Shown: in pieces, positions 8,987 through 19,692 of the stretch
Position numbering within the stretch: the stretch's first letter is position 1
How the letters are laid out: each line of letters begins with the position of its first letter
Assembly: GCA_963664115.2 (NCBI GenBank)
Contig: CAXWPJ010000002.1
Coordinates: 928,001-992,000 of the forward strand
Reading direction: 5' to 3'
Length of the DNA stretch: 64,000 nt
From: Terriglobia bacterium
Lineage (GTDB): Bacteria > Acidobacteriota > Terriglobia > 20CM-2-55-15
Made by a program: the position numbers and the translations under genes
Notes under the pieces: generated by a model
What the model was told of the DNA's origin: nothing
The model's database searches: none
The model's input: the letters and a program-made list of their open reading frames with translations, nothing else

Positions 8987-10507
8987 CTACTCGGAGGATT
9001 CTCGAACCCGGATTTCTGTGAGAAACTCGTAGTCTCCCGCAAGGTAGAGCTTCATACCTTCGATCCTTTCGTTCACTACGGCAACGTTGTTCGTGTAGTA
9101 GAGATTTACATACGGCAAGTCATCGGACAGGGTCTTCTGGATGTCGGCGTAATACGCCTTCCTTATTTCCGTATCGGTCTCCCTGCGTGCCAACTCGATC
9201 CAGCGGTCGACCTCCGGATTGCGATAGTGTCCACGGTTCGCCCCGTTCGGGGGAAACATGTCTGAATGAAAGACAAAATCAAAAATATCGGGATCGTTGT
9301 TGCCACCGATCCATCTCAGGGAATACATCTGAAAGTTTCCCGATAGAACGTCGGAAAAAAACGTCGCGAACTCATTGGAGCGGATCCGCATATCGATGCC
9401 GAGATCCTTAAACTGTTGCTGCAGAACCGCGGCTACCAACAGACCGAGTGGATCCGTGGACGTGCGATAAGTAAAACTGATCTGGTCGTACCCGGCGTCG
9501 TCCAGGATGGATCTCGCAAGTTCCGGGTCATAGTCATAGCGGCTGACATCGGAAGAGTAGGCCCAGTTTTCCGGTGGGAGAAGGGAATCCGACAATCGAG
9601 CCTGGTTTCGCCACAGATATTTGACGATCGCCTCGCGATCGACGGCATGGGCGATCGCTCGCCGTACCCGGACATCCGAAAACAAGGGATCCTCCAGATT
9701 AAAGGCCAGGTACTGGGCGTTGGTACCCTCACTGTTGAGCACCTCCAGATGTGGCTCTTGGCGAAGAGCTTCGATCATGTCCGCCGGCAGAACGTTCAAG
9801 GCAATATCTACAGTCCCTTTTCGCAATTCGAGGGCGCGGACAACCGCGTCAGGCACGATCTTGAAACGGACCGCATCCAGTTTTGGCGGTTCGCCGAAGT
9901 AGTCCCGATTCGATCGGAGTACGATTTCACTATCGCGGATGTAGTGATCGAAAACAAAGGGTCCGCTTCCGATGGGCTGGTCCGAAAAGTCACTCCCCGC
10001 GCCCTCGGGCACGATCCCAATCGCGGGGAGGGCAAGGTTCCAGAGAAACGGGGCATAGGGCTCGGTCAGGGTGAACCGCACCGTCTGCGGATCCAGGGCC
10101 TCTATTGTGTCCACCAGGCGGTAAGCACCGACCTTTGAAGTCTGTACTGTGCCGTCCAGGATGCTCTTGAAGGTGTATACGACGTCATCCGCGGTCAGTT
10201 CGCTTCCGTCGTGAAACCGGACATTCCCTCTGAGATGAAATATGTAGGTCGTGGGGTCGGGTATCTCCCAAGTTTCCGCCAGGTCCGGTAGAATGTCGGA
10301 ATTTTCGCCTTTGCGAACCAGGGAATTAAAAAGGAGTTGGGCCAGCCGCTCCGAATACGCGTCCACTCCGATGCGTGGATCGAGGTTGGTGGGAGGGCTG
10401 TCCAGCGCGAGCGTTACGATTTCCGGAGATGTCGGGCCGTTAGAGCATGCGACGAGAACGGGAAGGCAGAGCAAGAGAACGATGGCGTCGCGGAAGCCTC
10501 CGAACAT
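8987..10507 (-). CDS. ABC transporter peptide-binding lipoprotein (SBP family 5, DppA/OppA-like)
   Basis: Lipobox LVAC; PDLAETW..FHLR.NVRFHDG..LTADDV, PIGSGPF and VRRAIAHAVDR. Confidence 0.92.
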   Translation of the reverse strand: MFGGFRDAIVLLLCLPVLVACSNGPTSPEIVTLALDSPPTNLDPRIGVDAYSERLAQLLFNSLVRKGENSDILPDLAETWEIPDPTTYIFHLRGNVRFHDGSELTADDVVYTFKSILDGTVQTSKVGAYRLVDTIEALDPQTVRFTLTEPYAPFLWNLALPAIGIVPEGAGSDFSDQPIGSGPFVFDHYIRDSEIVLRSNRDYFGEPPKLDAVRFKIVPDAVVRALELRKGTVDIALNVLPADMIEALRQEPHLEVLNSEGTNAQYLAFNLEDPLFSDVRVRRAIAHAVDREAIVKYLWRNQARLSDSLLPPENWAYSSDVSRYDYDPELARSILDDAGYDQISFTYRTSTDPLGLLVAAVLQQQFKDLGIDMRIRSNEFATFFSDVLSGNFQMYSLRWIGGNNDPDIFDFVFHSDMFPPNGANRGHYRNPEVDRWIELARRETDTEIRKAYYADIQKTLSDDLPYVNLYYTNNVAVVNERIEGMKLYLAGDYEFLTEIRVRESSE

Positions 10508-10539
10508 AGGCGTTATGGTAGCACTGCAGCGGCAAAGGA

Positions 10540-10584
10540 GAGTTAAGAGTTAGAGCGTCACCCTAAACTTTTAACTCATAACTG
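10540..10584. repeat. Intergenic palindromic heptamer element, second copy
   Basis: GAGTTAAGAGTT / AACTTTTAACTC inverted arms; related to 947-1006. Confidence 0.55.
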
Positions 10585-10587
10585 CCC

Positions 10588-11682
10588 CTATCTCACATGC
10601 ACACGTTCGACGATAGGAATGGATTGCTTCAGCCGCTCGATCTGGCGTATGAGGCGGGGCCTGGCATGGGGCCGGTTTCTCAGCGGCGCAAATTCGATCT
10701 TCCCCTTGAGGTGCAGGATGCGCTCGATGGACCGATCAATCCGCTTCCGCAATTTGGCGTCAGACCGGGCTGTAGCCACGATGTGGTCAAACGCTTCTTC
10801 GAGCAGAGGCGTTGTCTGCGAAAACATAACCATGTCGTTTCCCGCCTGAACCGCCTTGAGGAATGTCTTCGGCGTGAGCCCGATCGACGTCACTGCACCC
10901 ATCGTCAGATCGTCCGTCATCACGACGCCCTCGAAGCCCACGGTCTCACGAAGCAAACCGTCCACGACCCGGTGGGATAGCGAGGCCGGCAGGGGACGGA
11001 TGTCTCCAAGCGACGGATAGTGTCCATGTGAAACCATGATCAAGTCCAAACGTTCCGATAGATCATTGAAGGGAACCACATCTTCCGCCAGAATTTCCCT
11101 GCGGCTCCGCTCGATTCGCGGCAACACGAAGTGAGGATCCCTCTGCGCGCCCCCCAGACCGGGAAAGTGTCGTGCGCAAGTCAGGATTCGCTTTTTCTCG
11201 AACTCGTCGATGACGACCCGGGCCAGACGACCCACCTCGGCAGCGCTTGCACCCAGCGTCCGCTCGCGTACGACCGAGCCCGGTAATCCAAGATCCAGAG
11301 CGGGCGTAAGATTGATGTTGAAACCCGCTGCCTCCAGTTCGGATCCCAGCAATCGGGCCCCGGCACGAACAGCAGGGATACCGAGATCGGCAAGATCCGC
11401 TACGGATGGGATCGGGGCAACCACGTGCTTCAGGCGATCCAATGCGCCGCCTTCCTGTTCGATGGCGAGGAGTGGCGGAAGGTTGGCCCGGCTTTGAAAG
11501 CGGAGGTTGAGTGCGTAGATTTGATCCAGACTCTCGATGTTTCGCTGGGAACAGATGATCCCGCCCGGACGGATCTTTTCGAGAACGCGTTCGCTCTCAG
11601 CGTCCGGTGCCGGGCCCTGGAAACCCACCATGAAAAGCTGGCCGACGCGTTCTTCTAATGTGAGGCGTGCTATGTCCTTCAT
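10588..11682 (-). CDS. GH3 beta-N-acetylhexosaminidase (NagZ-like)
   Basis: GQLFMVGF, EQEGG, RHFPGLG...DPH, PASLS and TDDLTMGA. Start trimmed to MKDIARL. Confidence 0.82.
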   Translation of the reverse strand: MKDIARLTLEERVGQLFMVGFQGPAPDAESERVLEKIRPGGIICSQRNIESLDQIYALNLRFQSRANLPPLLAIEQEGGALDRLKHVVAPIPSVADLADLGIPAVRAGARLLGSELEAAGFNINLTPALDLGLPGSVVRERTLGASAAEVGRLARVVIDEFEKKRILTCARHFPGLGGAQRDPHFVLPRIERSRREILAEDVVPFNDLSERLDLIMVSHGHYPSLGDIRPLPASLSHRVVDGLLRETVGFEGVVMTDDLTMGAVTSIGLTPKTFLKAVQAGNDMVMFSQTTPLLEEAFDHIVATARSDAKLRKRIDRSIERILHLKGKIEFAPLRNRPHARPRLIRQIERLKQSIPIVERVHVR

Positions 11683-11752
11683 CCTGCGCACTTCACCAGC
11701 GCGCTCTAAGACCAGAGTTCTGATCCCCCGGAATCGGACGCCCAAGCCCAAC

Positions 11753-14383
11753 TCAGTCCAGGTCGATCGTATCCTTGAGGTCAGCGAGTAGCTTGAGGGC
11801 CTCCATCGGGGATGTGAGTTCTACGTCCACATCACGCAAACGGGCCCGCAACGCTTCCTCCTCCGGAGAAAAGAGCGACAGCTGATTGATAACAATACGT
11901 TTCGTTCGTCTGGCACGAACCGTAAGATTATCCGACAACTCACGCTCAGTTTCCTCATGTTTTTTCAGAATCTCCCGGGCGCGGTCCAGCACGGAGGAGG
12001 GAAGTCCTGCAAGGCGGGCCACTTCAATGCCGTAGCTGCGGTCCGCAGCTCCAGCTTCTATTTTGCGCAGGAATATAATCCTGTTCTCGGATTCGGTGAC
12101 CGTCACATGGAAGTTTGCTACCCCTGGGAGCAGGTCGGCCAACTCCGTCAACTCATGGTAATGCGTTGCAAATAAAGTCTTAGCACCAACATGAGACTGA
12201 AGGTGTTCGATAACAGCCCAGGCAATGGAAAGCCCGTCAAAGGTGGCCGTACCGCGTCCGACTTCGTCCAGGATCACGAGGCTCTCTGAAGTGGCCGCAT
12301 TGAGAATGATAGCCGCCTCGGTCATTTCAACCATGAACGTAGAGCGCCCCCGAGCGAGATCGTCCGAGGCCCCGATTCGCGTAAATATCCGATCCACGAC
12401 CGGACACCGGGCAAACTGCGCGGGTACAAAGGATCCCATCTGGGCCAGGATGACAATCAGCGCACTCTGTCTGAGATAGGTCGATTTTCCGCCCATGTTC
12501 GGACCGGTGATGATGTGGATCCGGCTCTGATCGCGGTCCATGAACAGGTCGTTCGGGACAAAACGTTCCGCTCGATGTTCCGCCGCAAGCGCCTCTAAGA
12601 CAGGATGACGGCCTCCTTTGATCAGTAGCGATCCGTCCCTGGATATTTCCGGGCGCCGGTAGTTGAGATCACGTGCCAGGACAGCGAGGCCCGTCAGACA
12701 GTCGCACTGGGAAACGATTGCTGCAGACCCCTGTATCCTGGCTGCGCCCCCCGCCAGCGTGTCCCGGATTCCCTGAAACAGCTCTTTCTCCAGCACAACC
12801 ATGCGCTCTTCGGCGGTCAGGATCTTCTCTTCATATTTCTTGAGTTCTTCAGTAACGAAACGTTCCCCACCCACAAGCGTCTGCTTCCGCACGTAGTCAT
12901 CGGGCGCCAAATGCAGGTTGGCCTTTGAAATCTCGATGTAGTAACCGAAAACCCGGTTGAAGCGCACCTTGAGCGACGCGATCCCCGTACGTTCCTTTTC
13001 ACGTACCTCGAGGCTTGCAAGATAGGCCTTGCTGTCTCTGGAGATCGCCCGCAGCTCATCCAACGCCGTATCAAAACCGTCACGAATCACGCCCCCGTCG
13101 GCAAAGCTCACAGCCGGCTCATCCTCGATCGACACCGCCAGAAGTTCGTAGAGGTCCTCAAGTGGATCAAGCGTCGCGGCCAGCTCCCGGAAAAGATCCG
13201 AGTGTATTTTTCCGATTGCAGTTCCGAGACCGGGTAGTTTCTCGAACGCAGCACGCAGCGCCACGATGTCACGGGGAGTCGCGGTTCCCAGGACGACCTT
13301 GCTGAGCAATCGCTCGATGTCCGCCATGCCATGGAATGACGCCCGTGTTGCATCCAGAAGCGTCGTTGAAGACACCAGTTCTTCCACCGCATCCTGGCGC
13401 CGAACGATTTCTCCTTCATCCACAGAAGGGCGGATCATCCAATGACGGAGCAGTCGCGCACCCATTCCCGTCCGAGTCCGGTCGACGACTCCGAGGAGCG
13501 TGTCGCCGGGACGGCCTCCGCTCACGGATTCCAGGAGCTCCAGATTTCGAATCGAGGAGGAATCGAGCACCATGTAGTCCGACCGCGTGTCGCATCGCAG
13601 GCCGGTAATGTGCTCCAGGGCCGTCTTCTGCGTCTGCCGAGCGTAATAAATGAGGCCTCCGGCCGCAGCGATGGCCAATCCCTGGCCGGAACAGCCAAAG
13701 CCCTCCAGGCTGGTCGTTCCGAATTGCTCCTTGAGGGCCCGTGTGGCCGCGTCTTCGTCAAACGTCCAGTCGTCGATGGGTGTGGCAATGCAATGGTCGA
13801 TTTCCGGAATTCGCTCTTCCTGAGACCTGGGAAATACGACTTCCTTAGGTGCGAAGTGGTCGATGTCCAACCACAGGCGGTCCCATCTATCCTCTTCCTG
13901 GCGCTGGAACGCTCGAAATTCACCCGTCGAGAGATCCAGGAAAGCAACGCCGAGAGCATCGTCCCCAGCGTCGTTCCCCAATGCGAGACCCATCAAAAAA
14001 TTGTTCTCACCCGATTTCAGAAGTGTTAGATCCGTCACCGTCCCCGGAGTGATAATCCGGGTGAGGGCGCGGGGCACGAGCTTAACGCCTTTCTTTGGCG
14101 GTTCCGTCTGGTCACAAACGGCGACTTTGTAACCCTTTCTAAGAAGTTTGGCGATGTAACCATCGGCGGCATGATGCGGGACACCACACATCGGTACCGG
14201 GGAGCCGCTGTCTTTATGCCGCGCGGTCAGGGTAATTTCCAATTCGCCGGCAGCGGTCACTGCGTCTTCATAAAAAAGTTCGTAAAAGTCTCCGAGACGA
14301 AACAGGAGCAGCGTGTCGGGCACTTCCTCCTTGATGCGGTGGTACTGCCGCATCATCGGGGTCATCTCAGGTTTCTTTGCCAT
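11753..14383 (-). CDS. mutS: DNA mismatch repair protein MutS
   Basis: TPMMRQY, GDFYELF, GPNMGGKSTYLRQ, STFMVEM, DEVGRGT and SYGIEVA. Confidence 0.98.
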   Translation of the reverse strand: MAKKPEMTPMMRQYHRIKEEVPDTLLLFRLGDFYELFYEDAVTAAGELEITLTARHKDSGSPVPMCGVPHHAADGYIAKLLRKGYKVAVCDQTEPPKKGVKLVPRALTRIITPGTVTDLTLLKSGENNFLMGLALGNDAGDDALGVAFLDLSTGEFRAFQRQEEDRWDRLWLDIDHFAPKEVVFPRSQEERIPEIDHCIATPIDDWTFDEDAATRALKEQFGTTSLEGFGCSGQGLAIAAAGGLIYYARQTQKTALEHITGLRCDTRSDYMVLDSSSIRNLELLESVSGGRPGDTLLGVVDRTRTGMGARLLRHWMIRPSVDEGEIVRRQDAVEELVSSTTLLDATRASFHGMADIERLLSKVVLGTATPRDIVALRAAFEKLPGLGTAIGKIHSDLFRELAATLDPLEDLYELLAVSIEDEPAVSFADGGVIRDGFDTALDELRAISRDSKAYLASLEVREKERTGIASLKVRFNRVFGYYIEISKANLHLAPDDYVRKQTLVGGERFVTEELKKYEEKILTAEERMVVLEKELFQGIRDTLAGGAARIQGSAAIVSQCDCLTGLAVLARDLNYRRPEISRDGSLLIKGGRHPVLEALAAEHRAERFVPNDLFMDRDQSRIHIITGPNMGGKSTYLRQSALIVILAQMGSFVPAQFARCPVVDRIFTRIGASDDLARGRSTFMVEMTEAAIILNAATSESLVILDEVGRGTATFDGLSIAWAVIEHLQSHVGAKTLFATHYHELTELADLLPGVANFHVTVTESENRIIFLRKIEAGAADRSYGIEVARLAGLPSSVLDRAREILKKHEETERELSDNLTVRARRTKRIVINQLSLFSPEEEALRARLRDVDVELTSPMEALKLLADLKDTIDLD

Positions 14384-14756
14384 AGAATAATTTTCCGGAC
14401 GGATCGCATCCCCGGGCAGCCACTATAATACGGCAAGATCTGGCGGCCATTCGCGAGGTCTGATCCAGCCCTCCCACGATTCGGGCTTTAAGGGGATACT
14501 GGGGTGAAAGTTCGCGATATTGGATTTCGCTCGGTCGTTCAGACGGCCGAGCGTCTCTGTCGCACCATGCGCGTTGGGCCGAACGACCGGCGACCCTCTC
14601 CACCATCCCGACGGAGATGCCGCTGGGGAATTGCGCAATGTTCATGCAGTTCTTTAAACCAACCCGCGGCCTTCCTCGCTGCGGGTGGGGCGCTTTCAGA
14701 GTAAAGACGCGAGCCGAGGCGACAAAGTACTAAGATGATCGGCTCGGGCGAGGGCA

Positions 14757-15452
14757 ATGAGCGATGATGAGCGACAAAAACAGACGATGAGCAAAGCCGT
14801 GAACCTACTGTCGGTGGATACAAGTTCTGATTCCGGCAGCATCGCCGTGCTCTCGGGCGGGATGGTCCTCGGAGAAATCCGCCTGGCGAATTCCATACAA
14901 CACTCAGAGCGGCTGTTTCGCTCGATCGAGTTTCTTTTCCAGCAAATTGAATTGACCCTGAACGAAATCGATATTTTTGCGGCCGCGCGGGGCCCGGGCT
15001 CTTTTACGGGACTTCGCGTTGGTCTGGCTGCCATGGAGGGTTTTGCGTTTGCCCGGAAGAAAGCCTCCGCCGGTGTATCCACGCTGGCTGCGGCTGCCTG
15101 GCAGGTCAAGAAAGAAAACGCCTTGATATCTCCGGTTCTCAACGCACGGCGGAGCGAAATATACAGCGCTTTATATCGCCGTCAGGGTGAAGAACTGATT
15201 GAATTGCGCGCGCCGACCGTGCTAAAACCCGCCCAATGGTTGTCCACGCTGCCCGCCGAACCCGTCGTATTTTGTGGCAGCGGTGTCGGTATCATTAAAC
15301 CTGGCATCGGGGAGCACTCCGAATGGGAAGTGATACCGGTGAGTCCCTATCTGGCAACTGCCGTCGCTGAAATCAGTGTCACCGCGAGCAGGGAACCGCT
15401 GGAACCCCTCTATGTACGGCCCCCCGATGCTGTAATGAAGACGCGCAAGTGA
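14757..15452 (+). CDS. tsaB: tRNA threonylcarbamoyladenosine biosynthesis protein TsaB
   Basis: LSVDTS, HSERL, GPGSFTGLRVG and EPLYVR. True start may be a few codons downstream. Confidence 0.93.
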   Translation: MSDDERQKQTMSKAVNLLSVDTSSDSGSIAVLSGGMVLGEIRLANSIQHSERLFRSIEFLFQQIELTLNEIDIFAAARGPGSFTGLRVGLAAMEGFAFARKKASAGVSTLAAAAWQVKKENALISPVLNARRSEIYSALYRRQGEELIELRAPTVLKPAQWLSTLPAEPVVFCGSGVGIIKPGIGEHSEWEVIPVSPYLATAVAEISVTASREPLEPLYVRPPDAVMKTRK

Positions 15453-15474
15453 ACCAATCGCGTTCAAACGAGCG

Positions 15475-15951
15475 ATGAAAGCCATCTCCGTCAACGTGCG
15501 CGTTGCACACAGCGAAGACATCGATCGGATCGTCGAGATCGAGCGATCCTGGGTGCATCTGTCTCACTGGTCACTCGACGCCTACCAACGCCTGATCGAA
15601 GAGGACACTTTTACACGCAGCCTGGTCGCTGAAACCGAACAGGCGGATGGAAAGATTGAAATAGCGGGCTTTGTAATATTTCATATCGCGGACCGTGTTT
15701 GCGAAATCTACAACATTGCCGTCGACAACAGCCATGCCCGCCTCGGAGTCGGAACCTCTCTAATTCAGCAAGTCATGGACTGGTCCCGCACCGAGGAGGC
15801 CCGCAAGCTGATGCTTGAGGTCCGAAAATCCAACCACGGCGCCATAAAGTTCTATAAGCGATTTGGCTTCAGTATTGCCGGTGACCGCCTCAACTATTAC
15901 TCCAACCCACTCGAAGACGCGCATATCATGGAGCGGGATTTGAGGCTGTAA
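15475..15951 (+). CDS. rimI: Ribosomal protein S18-alanine N-acetyltransferase
   Basis: GNAT motifs NIAV, LEVRKSN..A..FY and R.NYY.NP.EDA; directly follows tsaB. Confidence 0.88.
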   Translation: MKAISVNVRVAHSEDIDRIVEIERSWVHLSHWSLDAYQRLIEEDTFTRSLVAETEQADGKIEIAGFVIFHIADRVCEIYNIAVDNSHARLGVGTSLIQQVMDWSRTEEARKLMLEVRKSNHGAIKFYKRFGFSIAGDRLNYYSNPLEDAHIMERDLRL

Positions 15952-16110
15952 GTCGTGATGATTGACGCGCACCGAGACTGGCTCTTTCAGACATTCGACT
16001 CGAAATAGCCGGCATCCAGTTTCAAAGATGGAAGCGATCCGCTCGATTACGTCGTTCAACACTCAGCGAGCAAGCTACTCAGTGAATCAACCGTATGGGA
16101 GTCCTAGCCT

Positions 16111-17776
16111 GTGAGTAAACGCACAATTGTCTGGTACGCGTGCTATGGCTCGAACCTTCGGGAAGAACGATTCATGTGCTATTTGAAGGGCGGGAGCCCG
16201 GACGGCGCAACCGAAGGAAATCCGGGCGCATTAAACTCCAATTCTCCTCCGGATATTCGCGTCTCAACTACGAAATGGAAACTCCATTTCGCCAAAGCGA
16301 GCCAGAAATGGGGCGATGGCGGAGTCGCATTCATCAACAAGCCGGATGTTGAGGCCGGACCCGAAACGAAGTGTCGGCTATATCAAATTACGTTGGAGCA
16401 GTTCATCGACGTTTTCATGCAGGAAAACGGCGGCAATCCGAAGGACGAGAGCGATTGCCGGGAAAAACTCATCAAACAGACCGAGATGAAACTGCGAAAG
16501 GCTGAGCCCGATAGCTGTTTCACGATCGAACCGGGCCTCATGCCGAATGGCTGGTACCGGCGCATCGTTCTGCTGGGCACAAGAAACAGTGAACCCGTGT
16601 TGAGTTTCACCTCAGCGGAACCCCTTGAGTTCAATCAGCCTTCCGACGCCTATCTGAGCGTAATCGCGATTGGACTCAATCAAGCTTTCCCTCGTATCAC
16701 TCAGAAACAGATTCAGGACTACCTCTCTGAGACCAGTCACATCGAGCCCGTTCACGTGTCCAAAGTAGCAAATCAAGCTTTCGAGGCATTCAAGAGTGAA
16801 TGTCGGAAGAACTATGCCGATCAGCGCGAGAATGCTCAGTTCAAATTTGAAGGCAAAGTAAAACAGTTTGCTGAACCGTTTCGACTCATCCCCACACAAA
16901 ACCGTGAAAACACCCAGCGCGAGTTCATCATCCACCTGCCGGAAGCCCGGTTCAAGGGACGGGAGGGAATTAGAGATCGGGAATTGATCGCGGTAGCAGC
17001 GTGGCACCTCCGACGCGAGTTTCGCGTACTGGCGACCGCATTACCGTTCCCGGACTCCGACAACCGGAAACGGGCGCTACTGGATCACGAAGTCGCACTC
17101 GACCAGAAGATTCGAACCGCTATCGGAGTGAGACCCGGCGACTGGATCGGACTCTACCGTCTAAACAAACGAAGACGCAGCAGCTTCATATATTGGTCTC
17201 TCGAACGCCTCGTCGGCACGCAGCCCCAGATCATGAGAGTTTACCTGGCGACCTTCGAAGACATGGAAGCCGATGTCGCTCGGATGCCTCAATCAACGTT
17301 TGAGTTGATCGGGGCCGAACCAGGTTCTACGATCGCCATCAGTTCGACTACCAGTAGAGCTCATGCCCGGGGTCTCGTCATTGCGGATAACGCCCTAACG
17401 GAACGCAGATCGCAATTCGAAAACGAACCCGACCGCTACCCGGACCCTGTCAAAGATCTTCGGCTCCATCGATTGAGGAGCGGTTCGGAAGGCGCGGATT
17501 TGCCACCAATTTTCATCGACAACGACCTTAGATCGCGACTCGGTGTTCGGCCTAATGACCCCGTACGGGTGGTTCGGGATGGTCACGACGTATTCTTCAG
17601 CCGCATCTATCTGATCCTCTTTCCCAATTCTCTTGGGTTTGGTGAGCGCTGCCTTGTCGTATAACCACGAAACGTGGCCAGAAACACTTTGGCGCCTGGG
17701 GCTTTTCATCGGCGTGGTCGTCTTGACCTTTTTTGTGGTGATCTGGGAAGTGGGCAGCAAGTTTCGCCGAAAATGA
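16111..17776 (+). CDS. Hypothetical fusion: GGCT-like domain + two double-psi-barrel-like repeats + frameshifted 2-TM tail
   Basis: WYACYGSNL N-terminus; repeats LDQKIRTAIGVRPGDWI and IDNDLRSRLGVRPNDPV. The ORF stops at 17664, but the +1 frame encodes two hydrophobic helices ending at TGA 17776. Confidence 0.6.
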
Positions 17777-18111
17777 CCCCCTTCCGAATCCAGGTCTTCG
17801 TCGACTTCATCGTCTGATCAGTTGTGACTGGGCGATCACCCCTGAAGGCAATGGTTTCGGCGCCCCCTATTGCGGCGGGCATCTGGTTTTCCTAAGACTC
17901 TTAGCGAAGGTCCACAGTGGGACGGAAACTCCTACTCTAGAAGGAATCAGCAATCCGGCGCCGGAGGCGAGCAAAGCGGTCGAATCCTTCAAGGTAACCC
18001 CGAAGATTCATATACGGGTCACTTTCCCAATTTCTTGAATCGCCAAATAAACGTGTGTTACGGTGGCGGAGTCCATACGTTAACCTTCCACAACGCAGGA
18101 GGAGCGCCTTG

Positions 18112-18348
18112 TTGACTAAAGACGAGGAGATCAAAGACCATCTACTCTCAAATGATCCGGATTTTCGTCGCCTCGCGGAGGAACATCAGTCCTACGAAGA
18201 AAGGCTGAGTGAACTCAATGACCGTGCCCATGTAACGGGCCAGGATCAACTCGAAGAAGTCGATATCAAGAAGAAGAAACTGCGTCTGAAGGATCAAATG
18301 AACCGCATGATTCAGGGATACCGTCAGACACAAACGGCTCTCCAGTAA
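18112..18348 (+). CDS. DUF465/YdcH-family small coiled-coil protein
   Basis: AGGAGG RBS then TTG; FRRLAEEH and KKKKLRLKDQM motifs. Confidence 0.82.
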   Translation: MTKDEEIKDHLLSNDPDFRRLAEEHQSYEERLSELNDRAHVTGQDQLEEVDIKKKKLRLKDQMNRMIQGYRQTQTALQ

Positions 18349-18354
18349 CCCTCA

Positions 18355-18417
18355 TACGCAGATTGGGCCATTCAGTTCGCACGAATCGAAACCGTGCGGT
18401 TTGGGTTAATCTGCGTA
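18355..18417. repeat. Intergenic hairpin (REP-like, possible terminator)
   Basis: Perfect TACGCAGATT / AATCTGCGTA arms with an inner CGCACG / CGTGCG stem. Confidence 0.55.
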
Positions 18418-18449
18418 AATCTCTACTTATCGAATAGAATCTTCGCTTC

Positions 18450-19667
18450 ATGAAAGAGAGAAGTGAAGGGTGGATTTTTGGCTTAACCCTAGCAAGCGCG
18501 ACCACGGTTCTGCTTTCTATCCGTGTATCGCAGTCCTTACTCGCCCTGGCCTGTCTCGTGTGGATCGTTTTTCGTCCCAAACCTGTGCGCCTACCGCCCT
18601 ACAGCCTGGCGTTGATCGGATTCATGGCAGCCACACTTCTATCACTGGGCATGTCCATGGATCCCGGAGTCGGCGCTCCGGCGATCAGAAAATTCGTCCT
18701 TTTTTCAATGGGCATTCTGGCAGCCAATTTTGTCACCACACCCAGACGGGCCAAACTTTCTTATGGGCTGCTGATCATCGTAGCGGCAATAAGCGCAACG
18801 CTGGCGACTGTTCAGTTTGGACTAGGCTATCGAGAATATCTTTCAACCGGGGCTCTCGCAGACGACCCCACGGTCCTGGCGCGGGCGAGCGGATTCATGG
18901 GTCACTGGATGACTTACAGCGGAGAACAACTGCTCATATGGTGTGGAGCAGTGCCCGCCCTGGCCATCATGGGCCACCGCTGGATCTTCCCCCTGTCGAT
19001 TGTCGGCATCGGAATTGTAAGCAGTTTTACGCGGAGTGTCTGGATTGGAGCCATCGTCGGAATTTCAACTATCGCCTTAACAATTCCACGCAACACATTG
19101 ATTAAACTCACTATCCCTGTAGTATTGGTAATTCTAGCCAGTGCGCCCCTCATCTACCACCGATTGGCTATGAGCGTGGAAAAGGGATTCGGCCCCGACG
19201 TCGGCCGGCTTGCCTTGATCGAGACCGGGATACAGATGGTGCGCGACCACCCCTTATTCGGCGTCGGTCCACAGAGGATTGCCACGGAATTCGTCGGCTA
19301 TTACGATGAGGAGAATCTGGACACGTTCTACTATGGGCACATGCACAACAATCTGCTTCAAATCGCCGCAGAACGGGGCTTGATCTGTCTAATTGCGTTT
19401 GTCTGGTTTTTCGTCGAGTTATTCAAAGGTTTGTTGCGCCTGAAAGGAACCCGAGACCCGACGCTACGATTTATGGCCCTGTCGGCCCTCGCTGCGCTCA
19501 CGGGTTTTCTGGTCGCGGGGCTTTTCGAATATAACTTTGGAGATTCTGAAGTCCTGATGTTGTTTCTATTTATTGTATCGATACCTTTTGGTTTAGCAGC
19601 CCGATACGATGTCGCGGGGGCTGAGGACGCTGCGGTGGGGGAGGTCGGCCCCGGGAACTCCATTTGA
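18450..19667 (+). CDS. O-antigen ligase (Wzy_C) family membrane protein
   Basis: Multiple TM helices; SFTRSVWIG, HPLFGVG and HMHNNLLQIAAERG. Confidence 0.88.
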   Translation: MKERSEGWIFGLTLASATTVLLSIRVSQSLLALACLVWIVFRPKPVRLPPYSLALIGFMAATLLSLGMSMDPGVGAPAIRKFVLFSMGILAANFVTTPRRAKLSYGLLIIVAAISATLATVQFGLGYREYLSTGALADDPTVLARASGFMGHWMTYSGEQLLIWCGAVPALAIMGHRWIFPLSIVGIGIVSSFTRSVWIGAIVGISTIALTIPRNTLIKLTIPVVLVILASAPLIYHRLAMSVEKGFGPDVGRLALIETGIQMVRDHPLFGVGPQRIATEFVGYYDEENLDTFYYGHMHNNLLQIAAERGLICLIAFVWFFVELFKGLLRLKGTRDPTLRFMALSALAALTGFLVAGLFEYNFGDSEVLMLFLFIVSIPFGLAARYDVAGAEDAAVGEVGPGNSI

Positions 19668-19692
19668 GGGTGGCAGCGTCGTGGGTCCGGCC

